Origin: a virus
Lineage: Duplodnaviria > Caudoviricetes
Length of the DNA: 57,593 nucleotides
Virus record (IMG/VR): IMGVR_UViG_3300033153_010811
Coordinates: 1-57,593 of that record
Direction: 5' to 3' (one strand)
Both the position numbers and the translations under genes were made by a program. Below the pieces are notes generated by a model. It ran no database searches. It saw only the letters and a list, made by a program, of their open reading frames with translations, and was not told the DNA's origin. Of the stretch, positions 27,237 through 37,744 are shown piece after piece (the stretch's first letter is position 1; each line of letters starts with the position of its first letter).

Positions 27237-29343
27237 TATTGTATCAGCAGAAAAAGAATGGCGGAAGATTGGAGGCGGTTCTCTTCGATGGAAGGGGCAG
27301 ATTATAAAGCCAAATCAAATCTTTCACGCTGTGGAAGAGGATCTGCCTAATGCGTTTCGGAAGCAGATTGAATTGGTTACTCGTATTCCACGTCACAGGA
27401 TGAAGCAGAAGAAGGAAATCTGGTATAATAATTACTTCGGTTTCGGGGATCAGATAAATATGCGCCCTTTTGTGATGGAGGCTACAAAAAGATATGATAA
27501 GGTTTACCTGTCCACGGCTTTTCCTGAGCTATACTATGAGAAACCAAAAAATCTTTTCTTTGTTAAGCCAAGGACACATTTAAGATTACAAATGAAGAAT
27601 TTGATGAAACAATCACGACGGATTTGGGTGACTCCTCCTCCGCGGGTTGAAAAATCTAAATTCAATTATGGAAAGGGGTTGAACATTCTTGATGCGTTGA
27701 ATCACACAATGTTGGGTGAGAGGAATACTAAGATTGATTATGATTTACCAGTTAATCCAGAATGGATTAGACGCGCACAGTCGATTTTGGGCACTATTAA
27801 ATCCACAAAACCAATTTGTATCATCAAGTATCCTACTTTGAGAAAAGAATGGAAAGTGGAAACAAGACTGCCCAAAACAGAATATATTCAATTGTTGATA
27901 GATAGATACAAGAATGATTATTATTTCATTTCTGTTGCAGATATGTTGTCGGGGGTTGATGATTATTATGGTGAATTGAAAGGAATTGATTTGAAGTTAG
28001 ATACAGTAGATATATGGATTACTGTTGGATTGGTGTATCTATCGAATATGGTGATAGCATGGCCTTCCTTCTTTATTCCTCTTTGTATAGCATTGCGTAA
28101 AAAGGCCTTCTTTATTTTTGGTGGATATCATAAGCCTGAAAATTATACTAATCGACGTATGGATTTAAGTAATTATGCCTACGTTGCTCCTATTCCATTT
28201 TGTAATTGTTTGAAATACAAGCATGATTGTAATAAAAATATTGAAGAAGATAGGATAATTACAGAATTTGAGAAACTAAGAAACAGAAAGGAGAATTTGT
28301 TGATTGTCCGTTTGGGGGGCAAACGGAGGGATTTTTATACGCAGATTACAACGAACAAGCACATAGCGAAAAAGTATGCCATTTCAATCATGGATGTCAA
28401 AGGAAACACAGAGGAATATGATAATAATAGAGCGATATTTCAGGATTTGTTTGTTTGGAGGCCTGATAACAATGAGCAGCAAATAGAATTCTTGACAAGA
28501 CGTAATTTTCGCAATGTCATTATTGCGCAGAAACTTCATTCTTCCTCTGATTTTCTGGAAAAGATTTGCCAGGAGTATGGAATTAATTACATCTGGACAG
28601 AGGCTTTCTTTGATAACCGATTATTGTTCGATAAAATAGGATTGCAATATACTCCAGATAATGAAATTGTCAGATACATAGATAAGATTAGGTGTTCCAA
28701 AAAAATAAAATATCCATTAGTTACCCGCACACCACAAGAATCATTCATATCCAAGGAGGCATTATATCAAAAATACGAGTTAAAACAGGGGATGAAATAT
28801 ATTGTCATGTTTGGCCAGACAGTCTTTGATATGAGTCTGAAGTATAGTTTACTTCCAGGGATTGATGAGTTTCAAAAATATGTAGATTTGGTAATTAGAA
28901 GTAATCCAGACGTGATTTTCATATATAAGAATCACCCGCATTACAAAACGTATTTTGCAAAGCGGAAAGAGACAGATGTAGGTTTCATTCGTGACTATCC
29001 AAATGTAATTGAAGTAGATGAGAATATCAATTCCCTTTTCAATGCGTTTGATTACTTCACTGCCTTTTCTTCCACTACTATTTTTGAAGGACTTATTAAA
29101 GGAAAGAAGTTCGCTACGATGGGATACCATTTCTGCAATGATCAAAGAATAGTATATCGAATGAAAGAAAAAGTAATGGTGGAAAACTTGTATGAGAAGC
29201 TAAAGGCATTTCGCATAGATAATGAAACTCGAAAAAGATATATTTACTTTGTTTGTAATTATTATGCCATCCCACTTGGCAGTAAACAATTGATAGATAA
29301 GTTAGAATTATCCCCAGACGAATACTATGGGAGGCGTTATTAG
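27226..29343 (+). CDS. Multidomain glycosyltransferase (GT9-like plus KpsS/KpsC-like)
   Basis: GFGDQI GT9-type motif; YKNHPH and SSTTIFEGLIKGK capsule-synthesis-type motifs. Confidence 0.7.
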   Translation: MDCDIVSAEKEWRKIGGGSLRWKGQIIKPNQIFHAVEEDLPNAFRKQIELVTRIPRHRMKQKKEIWYNNYFGFGDQINMRPFVMEATKRYDKVYLSTAFPELYYEKPKNLFFVKPRTHLRLQMKNLMKQSRRIWVTPPPRVEKSKFNYGKGLNILDALNHTMLGERNTKIDYDLPVNPEWIRRAQSILGTIKSTKPICIIKYPTLRKEWKVETRLPKTEYIQLLIDRYKNDYYFISVADMLSGVDDYYGELKGIDLKLDTVDIWITVGLVYLSNMVIAWPSFFIPLCIALRKKAFFIFGGYHKPENYTNRRMDLSNYAYVAPIPFCNCLKYKHDCNKNIEEDRIITEFEKLRNRKENLLIVRLGGKRRDFYTQITTNKHIAKKYAISIMDVKGNTEEYDNNRAIFQDLFVWRPDNNEQQIEFLTRRNFRNVIIAQKLHSSSDFLEKICQEYGINYIWTEAFFDNRLLFDKIGLQYTPDNEIVRYIDKIRCSKKIKYPLVTRTPQESFISKEALYQKYELKQGMKYIVMFGQTVFDMSLKYSLLPGIDEFQKYVDLVIRSNPDVIFIYKNHPHYKTYFAKRKETDVGFIRDYPNVIEVDENINSLFNAFDYFTAFSSTTIFEGLIKGKKFATMGYHFCNDQRIVYRMKEKVMVENLYEKLKAFRIDNETRKRYIYFVCNYYAIPLGSKQLIDKLELSPDEYYGRRY

Positions 29344-29345
29344 AT

Positions 29346-29945
29346 ATGGATTATAATTTTCTGATGCAATCCACAATGCAGATATTCAATAGATATTGCA
29401 TTTATCATATGGTTATGAGTAAGGAGGTGAAGGGCGATGTGATTGAATTAGGTGTTGGAACAGGGAAGAATTCTTTTCACCTGGCACGCGTGGTGAATGA
29501 TCTATCGCTCAACAAGAAAGTGTATGCTTGTGATACTTTTCAGGGTCTTCCATATACAGATGAGGGAACAGGAATAGAAAGTTCCCTGAAAAAAGGGGAG
29601 TGGTTTTACATAACTTTGGAACAATTCAGATTGGAAATTGCTAAAGAAAAATTGAATGGCGTTTTGATTCCTATTCAGGGGTTAATAGAAAAAACGCTTC
29701 CAGCGCAATTGAAGGATAAGAGGTTCTGTTTTGCCTGGTTGGATATGGATTTGTACAAATCCACTGTTTCAGGTTATAAATTCTTAGAAGACCGAATTTC
29801 GGTAGGCGGTATTCTGGGATTCCATGATTACAAAAATAAAATGTGCCCTGGAATTGTGAAGGCGGTGGATGAAGAAGTGAATAAGAATAAGTTCAAACAA
29901 ATCTTTTGCAGGGGAAGTAGTATCTTTTTCAGAAGGGCGGGATAA
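29346..29945 (+). CDS. TylF/MycF-family O-methyltransferase
   Basis: GDVIELGV, DTFQGLP, LDMDLYKS, GGILGFHDY. Confidence 0.85.
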   Translation: MDYNFLMQSTMQIFNRYCIYHMVMSKEVKGDVIELGVGTGKNSFHLARVVNDLSLNKKVYACDTFQGLPYTDEGTGIESSLKKGEWFYITLEQFRLEIAKEKLNGVLIPIQGLIEKTLPAQLKDKRFCFAWLDMDLYKSTVSGYKFLEDRISVGGILGFHDYKNKMCPGIVKAVDEEVNKNKFKQIFCRGSSIFFRRAG

Positions 29946-29949
29946 GAAT

Positions 29950-30585
29950 ATGGATGTGAGTTTGCTGGAGTATTTGGGGGATACATTACATTGGTTCCCG
30001 GAGAAGGGTATAGGATACTATCCAGTGAGTAATGGAAAGAAATATGATCAAGATTATTTCAATAAATACGTAAGGTATGAAAAAACTGAAATGGGTCGAG
30101 GGATCAATACTTTTAGAAAGGAATTAGTAAGTAAATATACACAAGGAAAAGTTTTAGATATTGGGATAGGGTGTGGTTCTTTCTTGAAAACATATAAGAA
30201 TGGTTTTGGATATGATATAAATCCAGTTGCAAAAGAATGGTTAGTTAAAAACAAACTTTGGTATGATCCATACAAACAAGATATTGAAATGTTTGCTGGA
30301 ATTGCTTTCTTCGATAGCTTGGAGCATATAGAAGATTTCAGTTCCCTGTTGCGACGCATGAAAAATCAGTTCTTGTTTGTTTCGATCCCAATATTCAGGG
30401 ATTTGCCTCATCTGTTACAATCGAAGCACCTTCGAAAGGATGAGCATTATTATTACTTTACTCAGACTTCTTTTATAGATTTCATGACGAAAGGATTGGG
30501 TTTCTCTTTATTTGAAGTTCGCGATGATGAGATTGGATTAGGCAGAGAAGATATTTGGACATTCGTATTCAAAGGAAGGGCGTAG
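29950..30585 (+). CDS. Class I SAM-dependent methyltransferase
   Basis: VLDIGIGCG, FDSLEHI. Confidence 0.85.
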   Translation: MDVSLLEYLGDTLHWFPEKGIGYYPVSNGKKYDQDYFNKYVRYEKTEMGRGINTFRKELVSKYTQGKVLDIGIGCGSFLKTYKNGFGYDINPVAKEWLVKNKLWYDPYKQDIEMFAGIAFFDSLEHIEDFSSLLRRMKNQFLFVSIPIFRDLPHLLQSKHLRKDEHYYYFTQTSFIDFMTKGLGFSLFEVRDDEIGLGREDIWTFVFKGRA

Positions 30586-30587
30586 TA

Positions 30588-31358
30588 ATGGGATATGGCG
30601 ATGAAATAATGGCTTTGGGCAGGGCGGAGACTGTCTATGGCATACTTAAAAGGCCTGTGGCAATCTATGGAGTGAGTGGGAGACCGCGTAATCATCCAGT
30701 ATGGAAGAACCATCCTGCGATAGATATTAATTCTCCATTGCATATTGTTGATGGTCCTTCTGCTCGCCCACATATACTTCGATGGAAACGTAATCCAGGA
30801 TTGACAACTATATGGAATATGAAATATCGCGCTCGTGCAGGTCGCATGCGTTTAACCACCCGAGAACAAAATGAAGCCCGATACTTGACTCCAAAGAAAC
30901 CTTTTGTAATTGTGGAGCCGATTGTGCGAAAACCCGGCAGTCGGAACAAGGATTGGGGATTTAATCGTTGGAAAGAAGTAATTAAAGATTTTCCACTTCC
31001 TGTGTATCAATTTGATCTGGATGGGGAAACTAAAATTCTTCCCGGGGTAACGGCGATACATTCTCCAGGTTTTAGAATTGCTGCTGGGATAGTCAAGCAT
31101 TCTACATTAGTAATGACAATAGATGGGGGCATGCATCATATGGCGGCCAGTATGAAAACTCCTGCAGTGGTGATATTTGGAGGTTTTGCTAATCCAAAGA
31201 TTACGGGATATGCATATCAGAGAAATTTTTATATTGATCTTCCAGAATCACCCTGTGGACGATATGCTCCATGCAAACATTGTGAAAAGGCAATGTCTAT
31301 GATTTCTCCAGAAGAAGTTCGGCAGGCGGCGTTAGAGATGTTGGAGAAAGTTTCATAG
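30588..31358 (+). CDS. GT9-family glycosyltransferase
   Basis: MGYGDEIM, KDWGFNRW, DGGMHHMAA...PAVVIFG. Confidence 0.8.
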   Translation: MGYGDEIMALGRAETVYGILKRPVAIYGVSGRPRNHPVWKNHPAIDINSPLHIVDGPSARPHILRWKRNPGLTTIWNMKYRARAGRMRLTTREQNEARYLTPKKPFVIVEPIVRKPGSRNKDWGFNRWKEVIKDFPLPVYQFDLDGETKILPGVTAIHSPGFRIAAGIVKHSTLVMTIDGGMHHMAASMKTPAVVIFGGFANPKITGYAYQRNFYIDLPESPCGRYAPCKHCEKAMSMISPEEVRQAALEMLEKVS

Positions 31359-31390
31359 GTAAATACAGCGTATCAAAAAAGGAGGATAAA

Positions 31391-31765
31391 ATGTATGTCG
31401 TTTCTGCTGAGGATGTGAAGAAAATTATTGATACTGATCTTACAGATACTATAATAGATGCTTATATCTTAAGTGCCAATTATGCTGTTACTGAAATTCT
31501 TGGATCTGATACAACTCTTTCTGATGGACATAAAGAAACTATTGTTCAATGGCTCGCAGCGCATTTGATTGCAGCGACAAGAGAGCAGCAAATTCAAAAG
31601 GCTGGCGCAGGTGGAGCAAATGTAACCTACCAGGGCATGACAGGAAAAGGATTGGAGGCTACTTTATACGGGCAGCAGGTGTTAGCGCTTGATACGACTG
31701 GAAAAATGATAACAACTATGACAAAACGGAAAGCATCTTTGACTGCCGTAACGAGTTTTGAGTGA
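31391..31765 (+). CDS. Head-tail adaptor
   Basis: WLAAHL, L..T.YGQQ; position. Confidence 0.7.
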   Translation: MYVVSAEDVKKIIDTDLTDTIIDAYILSANYAVTEILGSDTTLSDGHKETIVQWLAAHLIAATREQQIQKAGAGGANVTYQGMTGKGLEATLYGQQVLALDTTGKMITTMTKRKASLTAVTSFE

Positions 31766-31895
31766 AAAAGGGGAGATAAAAGGTACTAAATTTTCCTAAA
31801 AAAACATATGTTAAGTCGGGTTTTTCTTGTCTAAAATCGATTTTCCTTGAGGGAAGTATATATTAGTATGAGGAAGGAAAAATAACACTTTTAAA

Positions 31896-32264
31896 ATGGC
31901 GAAACCAATAGAAAAATTTTTGAGAAAACTCAGTGTACAAACGGCCGTATATTGGGGATCTCCTGTAAATGATGGATATGGAGGATGTACTTACGCCACT
32001 CCGATTGAAATAGCTGTGCGTTGGGAAGGCTCAACAAAAGTAATTACTACCTCTAAAGGAGTAGAGTATGTCAGTCGAGCAGAAGTCATCGTAAATCAAG
32101 ATATAGACGAAGAAGGATATCTATATTTGGGAACATTATCAGATTTGACGGATGAACAGAAAGCTGATCCACAATTAGTAGATGGCGCATGGAAGATTAT
32201 AAGATTTGATAAGATTCCTATGATTTTTAAGACTGATGAGTGGGTGCGCAAATGTTACCTGTAA
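31896..32264 (+). CDS. Head closure/neck protein
   Basis: Position and size. Confidence 0.6.
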   Translation: MAKPIEKFLRKLSVQTAVYWGSPVNDGYGGCTYATPIEIAVRWEGSTKVITTSKGVEYVSRAEVIVNQDIDEEGYLYLGTLSDLTDEQKADPQLVDGAWKIIRFDKIPMIFKTDEWVRKCYL

Positions 32265-33061
32265 GTGGCGTTTACAGTATAAAAAATAATATTGATGGGA
32301 AACAGTATATTGGCAGTTCAATCAATATTAAGAGACGATTTTTATATCATCAGGAATATCTACGTAGAAAGGAACATTTTAATTGTCATTTGCAAAATGC
32401 TTGGAATAAATATGGAGAAGAAAACTTTGAATTTAAGATTCTTCTCTATTGTGATAAGGAGAATTTACTTTTTTATGAACAACGTGCCATTGATGTTTAC
32501 GCTGCCTTTGGAAGTGGTGGGTATAATTTACGTCCAAAAGCAGAAAATCAATTAGGCTTCAAGCTTTCTGAAGAAGCAAAATCAAAAATTTCAGAAGGGA
32601 ATAAAGGAAAAGTAATTTCAAAAGAACATAGAGAAAAAACAAGTAAAGCTTTAAGAGGAAGAAAGGTTTCAAACGAAACAAGAGAGAAAATAAGGAAAGC
32701 ACTTTCTGGGCGTCCTATTTCTGAGCATCAAAAGGAAGTTCTAAATCATGTTAGATATGGGATGCTTGGTAAGAAACATTCAGAGGCAACAAAATTAAAA
32801 ATGTCAAAGAGTGCTAAAGGAAGAATAATATCGGAGGAAACGAGAAAGAAATTATCAGAAGCACATAAAGGACAAGTAGCATGGAATAAGGGAAAGCCTT
32901 TTTCTGAAGAAATAAGACGTAAAATGCTGGGGCCTGTTTCCATAGAACACCGGCAGAGAATTTCTGCAGCTAATATGGGAAGGAAAGATTCAGAAATAAC
33001 ACGACAAAGAAAATCTGTAGCAGCAAAAAAGGGATGGATTAAAAGGAGGGCTTCCTTATAA
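32240..33061 (+). CDS. GIY-YIG homing endonuclease with NUMOD3 repeats
   Basis: GVYSI...YIGSS.N.KRR; repeated SEETRKKLS motifs. Confidence 0.9.
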   Translation: MGAQMLPVSGVYSIKNNIDGKQYIGSSINIKRRFLYHQEYLRRKEHFNCHLQNAWNKYGEENFEFKILLYCDKENLLFYEQRAIDVYAAFGSGGYNLRPKAENQLGFKLSEEAKSKISEGNKGKVISKEHREKTSKALRGRKVSNETREKIRKALSGRPISEHQKEVLNHVRYGMLGKKHSEATKLKMSKSAKGRIISEETRKKLSEAHKGQVAWNKGKPFSEEIRRKMLGPVSIEHRQRISAANMGRKDSEITRQRKSVAAKKGWIKRRASL

Positions 33062-33555
33062 TGAGCACTGCTATAGAAAGAGAAAGTCTTCAAGAAGTAA
33101 TGAAAAATCTCAATAGGGAGATTAAAGGAATTGAGGAACGTACTCTGAAAGGCATGATTGAAGGGGTGATTGATGTTCGCCGTGATATGAAAGAAACACC
33201 CCCCGTGATTCCTGTATTTACAGGCAATCTCAGGCAAAGTTGGTTCACGGTTACTTCAAAAGGGACCACTCTTCATGGAAAATCTCCAACATTTAAAGGC
33301 CGTGAAGCTGGAAAATTGGGGGCGGAGCATTCTGCAGTAAAAACTGTTATAGCTGGGAGAGCGGAGGCAAAATCTCGAAAAGGACCTGTGGTAGCCTTTG
33401 GCTTTTCTGCGTATTATGCGATGTATGTACATGAAATGTATGGAGCAAACTTTCAACGTCCGGGGGCAGGTGCCGGGTTCTTTGTAGCATCAATAAAACG
33501 AAACAAAAAAAAGATTCTGGACGCGATCAAAGAGAATGCAAAGGTGAAGAAATGA
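33061..33555 (+). CDS. HK97 gp10-like neck/tail completion protein
   Basis: PVFTGNLRQS, YAMYVHE. Confidence 0.75.
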   Translation: MSTAIERESLQEVMKNLNREIKGIEERTLKGMIEGVIDVRRDMKETPPVIPVFTGNLRQSWFTVTSKGTTLHGKSPTFKGREAGKLGAEHSAVKTVIAGRAEAKSRKGPVVAFGFSAYYAMYVHEMYGANFQRPGAGAGFFVASIKRNKKKILDAIKENAKVKK

Positions 33556-33953
33556 ATCCGACATCTAAGGATGTATGCTCATTGTTAGAAGCAGATTCCA
33601 GTCTTGGATTGGTAATCGCTACTAATCTATTTGTTGGAAAAGAACCGGCATCCCCGGATGATTGCGTGACTGTGTTTGATATTCCAGGGGATTCCCCATC
33701 ACTTACATTAACAGGGAAAGGGGGCGGTGTTTATTATCAACCTTCTATTCAAATACGAGTTAGAAATAACAATTATGTGACAGGATGGGAATTAATGCAT
33801 GACATCCGGGAATTTTTACATGGTATGAATAACATAACAGAAGATGGAACAGAGTATCTGTTAATCAGAAGTGTGGATGAACCAGCTTTGCTTGATTGGG
33901 ATGAGAATAATCGTGCAAGATTCATAACAACATTCTCAATACAGCGAAGATAA
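33552..33953 (+). CDS. Tail terminator (minor capsid-type)
   Basis: PSIQIRVR, L..DENNR; position. Confidence 0.7.
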   Translation: MNPTSKDVCSLLEADSSLGLVIATNLFVGKEPASPDDCVTVFDIPGDSPSLTLTGKGGGVYYQPSIQIRVRNNNYVTGWELMHDIREFLHGMNNITEDGTEYLLIRSVDEPALLDWDENNRARFITTFSIQRR

Positions 33954-33983
33954 CATAAAAATAAAATTTGGAGGTGAACAGTT

Positions 33984-34427
33984 ATGGGGGCAGTAGATGG
34001 AATTACAGGAGTTGGAACAGTATTTCGCAGATGGAATACTACCAACAGTACATGGGAAACAATAGCTGGGATCACTAACATCGGTGGCCCTTCGGCATCA
34101 CGAGAAACTCATGATACCACAGCATTGGACACAGAAGGTGGATACAGAACATTCATTACTGGATTCAGAGATGCTGGAGAAATCACACTCTCAATGATTT
34201 TCAATCGAACAGAGTATGATATTATGGTTAATGATTTTGAATCTGATGATGTTCAAAACTATGAAATAGTTCTCCCAGATGACGATCAAACATCTTTGGA
34301 GTTTGAGGGATTAGTCACAGGTGTTCCGTTAACTATTCCAGATACTCCTGTAACATTGGAAGTTACAATCAAGCTTACAGGAGCAATTACAATAAATTCG
34401 GGTAGTTATTCAGGATCGCCAGCATAA
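33984..34427 (+). CDS. Major tail tube protein
   Basis: GP...ETHDTT.LD...FITG.RDAG lambda gpV-like. Confidence 0.85.
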   Translation: MGAVDGITGVGTVFRRWNTTNSTWETIAGITNIGGPSASRETHDTTALDTEGGYRTFITGFRDAGEITLSMIFNRTEYDIMVNDFESDDVQNYEIVLPDDDQTSLEFEGLVTGVPLTIPDTPVTLEVTIKLTGAITINSGSYSGSPA

Positions 34428-34453
34428 ACTATCATAAACAGGGGGATTGTATC

Positions 34454-34876
34454 GTGAAAGTATTAACAAGAGAAGATTTACTGAAAAAGGAAAAACTGAG
34501 AACGGAGAGAGTTAACCTTGGAAAAGGAGAATTTGTGTATGTTCGTCAGATGACAGGAAGAGAAAGGGATCAATTCGAGCAAAGCTTGGTGAAAGAAGTT
34601 AAAGATTCTGATGGACAATTAGAATTTGAACGATCTCTGGATGACTTCCGGGCGAAATTGGCAGTGCACACCATCTGTGATGAAAAAGGAAACAATCTTT
34701 TGAAACCAGGGGATGTGGCAATACTCTCACAGAATATGAGTGCGGCACGGTTAGAATTGATTGTAAATGCAGCACAAAAATTAAATAGAATTTCGGAGGA
34801 GGATAAGAAAAACCTAGTAAAAAACTCCGAAGCCGTCCAGAACGCCGATTCTACTTCCGACTTTGTCAAGAGTTAG
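34454..34876 (+). CDS. Tail assembly chaperone (gpG-like)
   Basis: Between tail tube and tape measure; ends near slippery site. Confidence 0.8.
   Translation: MKVLTREDLLKKEKLRTERVNLGKGEFVYVRQMTGRERDQFEQSLVKEVKDSDGQLEFERSLDDFRAKLAVHTICDEKGNNLLKPGDVAILSQNMSAARLELIVNAAQKLNRISEEDKKNLVKNSEAVQNADSTSDFVKS
34819..34825 (+). other. Programmed -1 frameshift site A AAA AAC (gpG/gpGT)
   Basis: XXXYYYZ in frame (V-K-N); the -1 frame is open (LRSRPERRFYFRLCQELGYPHPDYL) into ORF 34897..35211. Confidence 0.85.
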
Positions 34877-34896
34877 GATATCCTCATCCAGATTAT

Positions 34897-35211
34897 TTGT
34901 TGGAAATACTAACGTCGGAACAGATTGGCGAATGGATGGCTTATGACAGTATTGATCCTATTGGAAAACGTCGAGATGATTACGGTTGGGCAATGGTGTG
35001 CTCAGTGGTTTATAATCTGGCGCTTGATATCCATGCAAAGAAAGGAACGCGTCCAAAACGAACAACCCCCAGTGACTTCATGCCTGATTGGGATGGTACA
35101 GGAAAGAAAATGCGAAAGACGCAATCAATAGAGGAACAGAAGTCTATTTTATTAAATTTGGCAAGAAGGCATAACAAGATGCATAGTAGAAAGAGAAAAA
35201 AACATGGCTGA
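34897..35211 (+). CDS. Tail chaperone gpT part (expressed by frameshift)
   Basis: In the -1 frame of the upstream chaperone. Confidence 0.75.
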   Translation: MLEILTSEQIGEWMAYDSIDPIGKRRDDYGWAMVCSVVYNLALDIHAKKGTRPKRTTPSDFMPDWDGTGKKMRKTQSIEEQKSILLNLARRHNKMHSRKRKKHG

Positions 35212-37744
35212 TTTAGGAACCTTATATACCTCGTTTGGAGCTGACCTCGGTCCGTTGAAGCGATCTGCGACTGCTGCGGAAGCACAGTTTCGTAAGTTTC
35301 AGAAAGGAGGTGTTGCGGCATTAACTACTGTGCGAAAAGAAGTAGTTAATTTGCGCAATTCTATGATTGCTCTTAGCGCCATTGCCATTGCCGCGAAATT
35401 GGTGAAGGAAGCTGCAGAGTATGAAGAGGCATTAGTTGATATGCACAAAGTCACTTCTCGCTCGTTCAAAGCGATTAACAAAGACATTATGTCTCTTGAC
35501 TCCAGTCTTGGAAAATCTACCGACTTAATGAGGGGCTATTATCAAACAATCTCAGCTGGGGTAACGGAACCGAAAAAGGCAATGGATTTGTTAGTTACCG
35601 CTTCTAAATTGGCGAAGGTTGCCCATATTGACCAGGCAACTGCCGTGAAAACCCTGGCTGTTATGATGGGCTCTTATGGGGATGAATTGAAAAGTACTAC
35701 AGATGTCGCAAATTTACTCCTTGCCATTGAAGCAAAAGGGATAACAACTACAGGGGAAATGGCTGCACAGATAGGCCTGGTGGCCAACCTGTCACGTGAA
35801 ACCGGTTTGGCTGCAAATGAAATGGGCGCCGCATTAGCACAAATAACAAAAAGTGGAATAGGAACCGCGGAGAGTGTGACGCAATTACGATCATTATTAA
35901 CAGCATTGACCAAGAATTTTGATGAACTTCCTCCTTCTATTAAGAAATATGGTTCCGTTACGAATGCAATACAGAAATTGAGTTTTATAGAAACGCTGCA
36001 AGAAATAATGACTGCCACTGGGGACAACGCGCAAGCTCTAACAAAAATGTTAGGACGACAGGAAGCTTTTCTTGCGATGCTGCAATTATTGAAAAGGGAT
36101 GGAAAAGAATACGAAGATGTCCTGTCGGGAATGATAGATAAAACAGGTGGGCTAACTAAGGCATGGAAGGAATATGAAGAGACTTACAAGGCAATGAAAG
36201 AAGCTGTGCTTGCTGACCTGAATAAAATCATGATTGAATTAGGAATGAGAACTCTTCCAACGGTTAAGGAGGCATTGAAAGGTATTCGTGATAATATGGA
36301 TTTGATTTCCACAGCAGTTAATAATCTTTTGAAGATAGCTGGTGTGTCTATTAAAATTTTGACAGGTTGGTTAGTACACAAGTCTTTCAGAGCATTTCTT
36401 GTTTGGACATCATTGGCTACTGCCGGAGTAGGCAAAGTAGCTACTGCTGTTAATCTGCTTCGTATTTCCATCAAGGCGTTGGGACGGGCCGCGCTTTATG
36501 GTCTGATCGTAGAAGGTATCTCGCGAGTAGTATCTGAATTTAGGAAGATGAATAAATTTGTGAAAGAAACTCCTGCGGCATGGGGGGCTGCAATACGTTT
36601 GGCAATGGATAACATTGTGAACACTGTGATTAATAGTTTTGTGGCTCTTGGTAATTTGATGCCAAACTTATTACGCTTAATTACTGATCCAATAATTGCC
36701 GCGTTCACATCTTTTAACATTCTGAATTTGATATTTGGTGATTTGACAAAAGAAGAAGCATGGACAGCAGTGATATCATCAATGAAAACAGCCTTTACGG
36801 ATGCTTTAACACGCATTGGGGATACTTTTCAAGCGGATATGTCGCGACGAATTGTTTCAATTGCTTCTGAGATTGATAAAGTACTTTTACGAGATTGGTC
36901 GAAATTGCCAAAGGAAGTTACTGACGGAATGAACGAGAAAAAGGGTCTCAGCAATGTAAGTGAAGGTCTCAGCAATGTAAGTGAAGGTCTCAGCAATGTA
37001 AATAGAGAACTTCAGCAATATTACGGCTGGTGGTCTGCATACGGCGAGACCATGGAAGATTTTTATACGACAAATTCAGAGGTAATGCTTGATTTTGCGA
37101 AAGAGAATTTTTCTACTCTTGAAAATTTATCCCAACGAACCGCCGAGGCTATGGAACAGAACTTTTCTGATTTTTATTTTGACGCCATGCGAGGAGAATT
37201 TGATTCTTTGCGAGATTATGCCAATGCCGCGCTCAGAAGTATTCAACGTGCTACTGCCGATATCCTGGGGCAGATGACTAAGGAGCTTATATTTGGAGAA
37301 GGCTCTGGGGGTGGTGGACTGATACAAAGCGCTGGAAAATGGCTTGGGTCTTTATTTGGCGGTGGTAGTTCTGGGTATAATCCAGCAGATTGGGCCGAAA
37401 CGTTGTGGGCGAAAGGGGGAGTGTTTGAAAAAGGTCGTGTCCATGCTTTTGCGCGTGGAAGCGTTATAAATCGTCCCACACTTTTCCCCATGGCCCGTGG
37501 CGCCGGCCTTATGGGCGAGGCTGGTCCAGAGGCTATTATGCCACTAACCAGAACGTCATCGGGAGACCTGGGAGTTAGAGCAGAAGGGGCTGGTAGAGGA
37601 GTTACGAATATTAATATATATGCCTGGGACAGTCAGAGCATGGAGCAGTTTGTTCGGCGCCATAAAGACATATTTGTTGGGATTAATGTTGAAAACATTG
37701 AGCGCAATGGCGATCTCAGGCAGGCGATAGGAGCAACAATCTGA
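35204..37744 (+). CDS. Tape measure protein
   Basis: 846 aa, helical, Ala-rich; C-terminal AKGG...MGEAGPEAIMPL. Confidence 0.9.
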   Translation: MADLGTLYTSFGADLGPLKRSATAAEAQFRKFQKGGVAALTTVRKEVVNLRNSMIALSAIAIAAKLVKEAAEYEEALVDMHKVTSRSFKAINKDIMSLDSSLGKSTDLMRGYYQTISAGVTEPKKAMDLLVTASKLAKVAHIDQATAVKTLAVMMGSYGDELKSTTDVANLLLAIEAKGITTTGEMAAQIGLVANLSRETGLAANEMGAALAQITKSGIGTAESVTQLRSLLTALTKNFDELPPSIKKYGSVTNAIQKLSFIETLQEIMTATGDNAQALTKMLGRQEAFLAMLQLLKRDGKEYEDVLSGMIDKTGGLTKAWKEYEETYKAMKEAVLADLNKIMIELGMRTLPTVKEALKGIRDNMDLISTAVNNLLKIAGVSIKILTGWLVHKSFRAFLVWTSLATAGVGKVATAVNLLRISIKALGRAALYGLIVEGISRVVSEFRKMNKFVKETPAAWGAAIRLAMDNIVNTVINSFVALGNLMPNLLRLITDPIIAAFTSFNILNLIFGDLTKEEAWTAVISSMKTAFTDALTRIGDTFQADMSRRIVSIASEIDKVLLRDWSKLPKEVTDGMNEKKGLSNVSEGLSNVSEGLSNVNRELQQYYGWWSAYGETMEDFYTTNSEVMLDFAKENFSTLENLSQRTAEAMEQNFSDFYFDAMRGEFDSLRDYANAALRSIQRATADILGQMTKELIFGEGSGGGGLIQSAGKWLGSLFGGGSSGYNPADWAETLWAKGGVFEKGRVHAFARGSVINRPTLFPMARGAGLMGEAGPEAIMPLTRTSSGDLGVRAEGAGRGVTNINIYAWDSQSMEQFVRRHKDIFVGINVENIERNGDLRQAIGATI
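36944..37001 (+). repeat. 21-nt in-frame tandem repeat in tape measure
   Basis: GGTCTCAGCAATGTAAGTGAA x2.8 (GLSNVSE). Confidence 0.9.

Noticed and set aside
32240-33061. Group I intron around the GIY-YIG gene
   Set aside because: Flanking genes are intact and abut the ORF, leaving no room for an intron core; free-standing endonuclease
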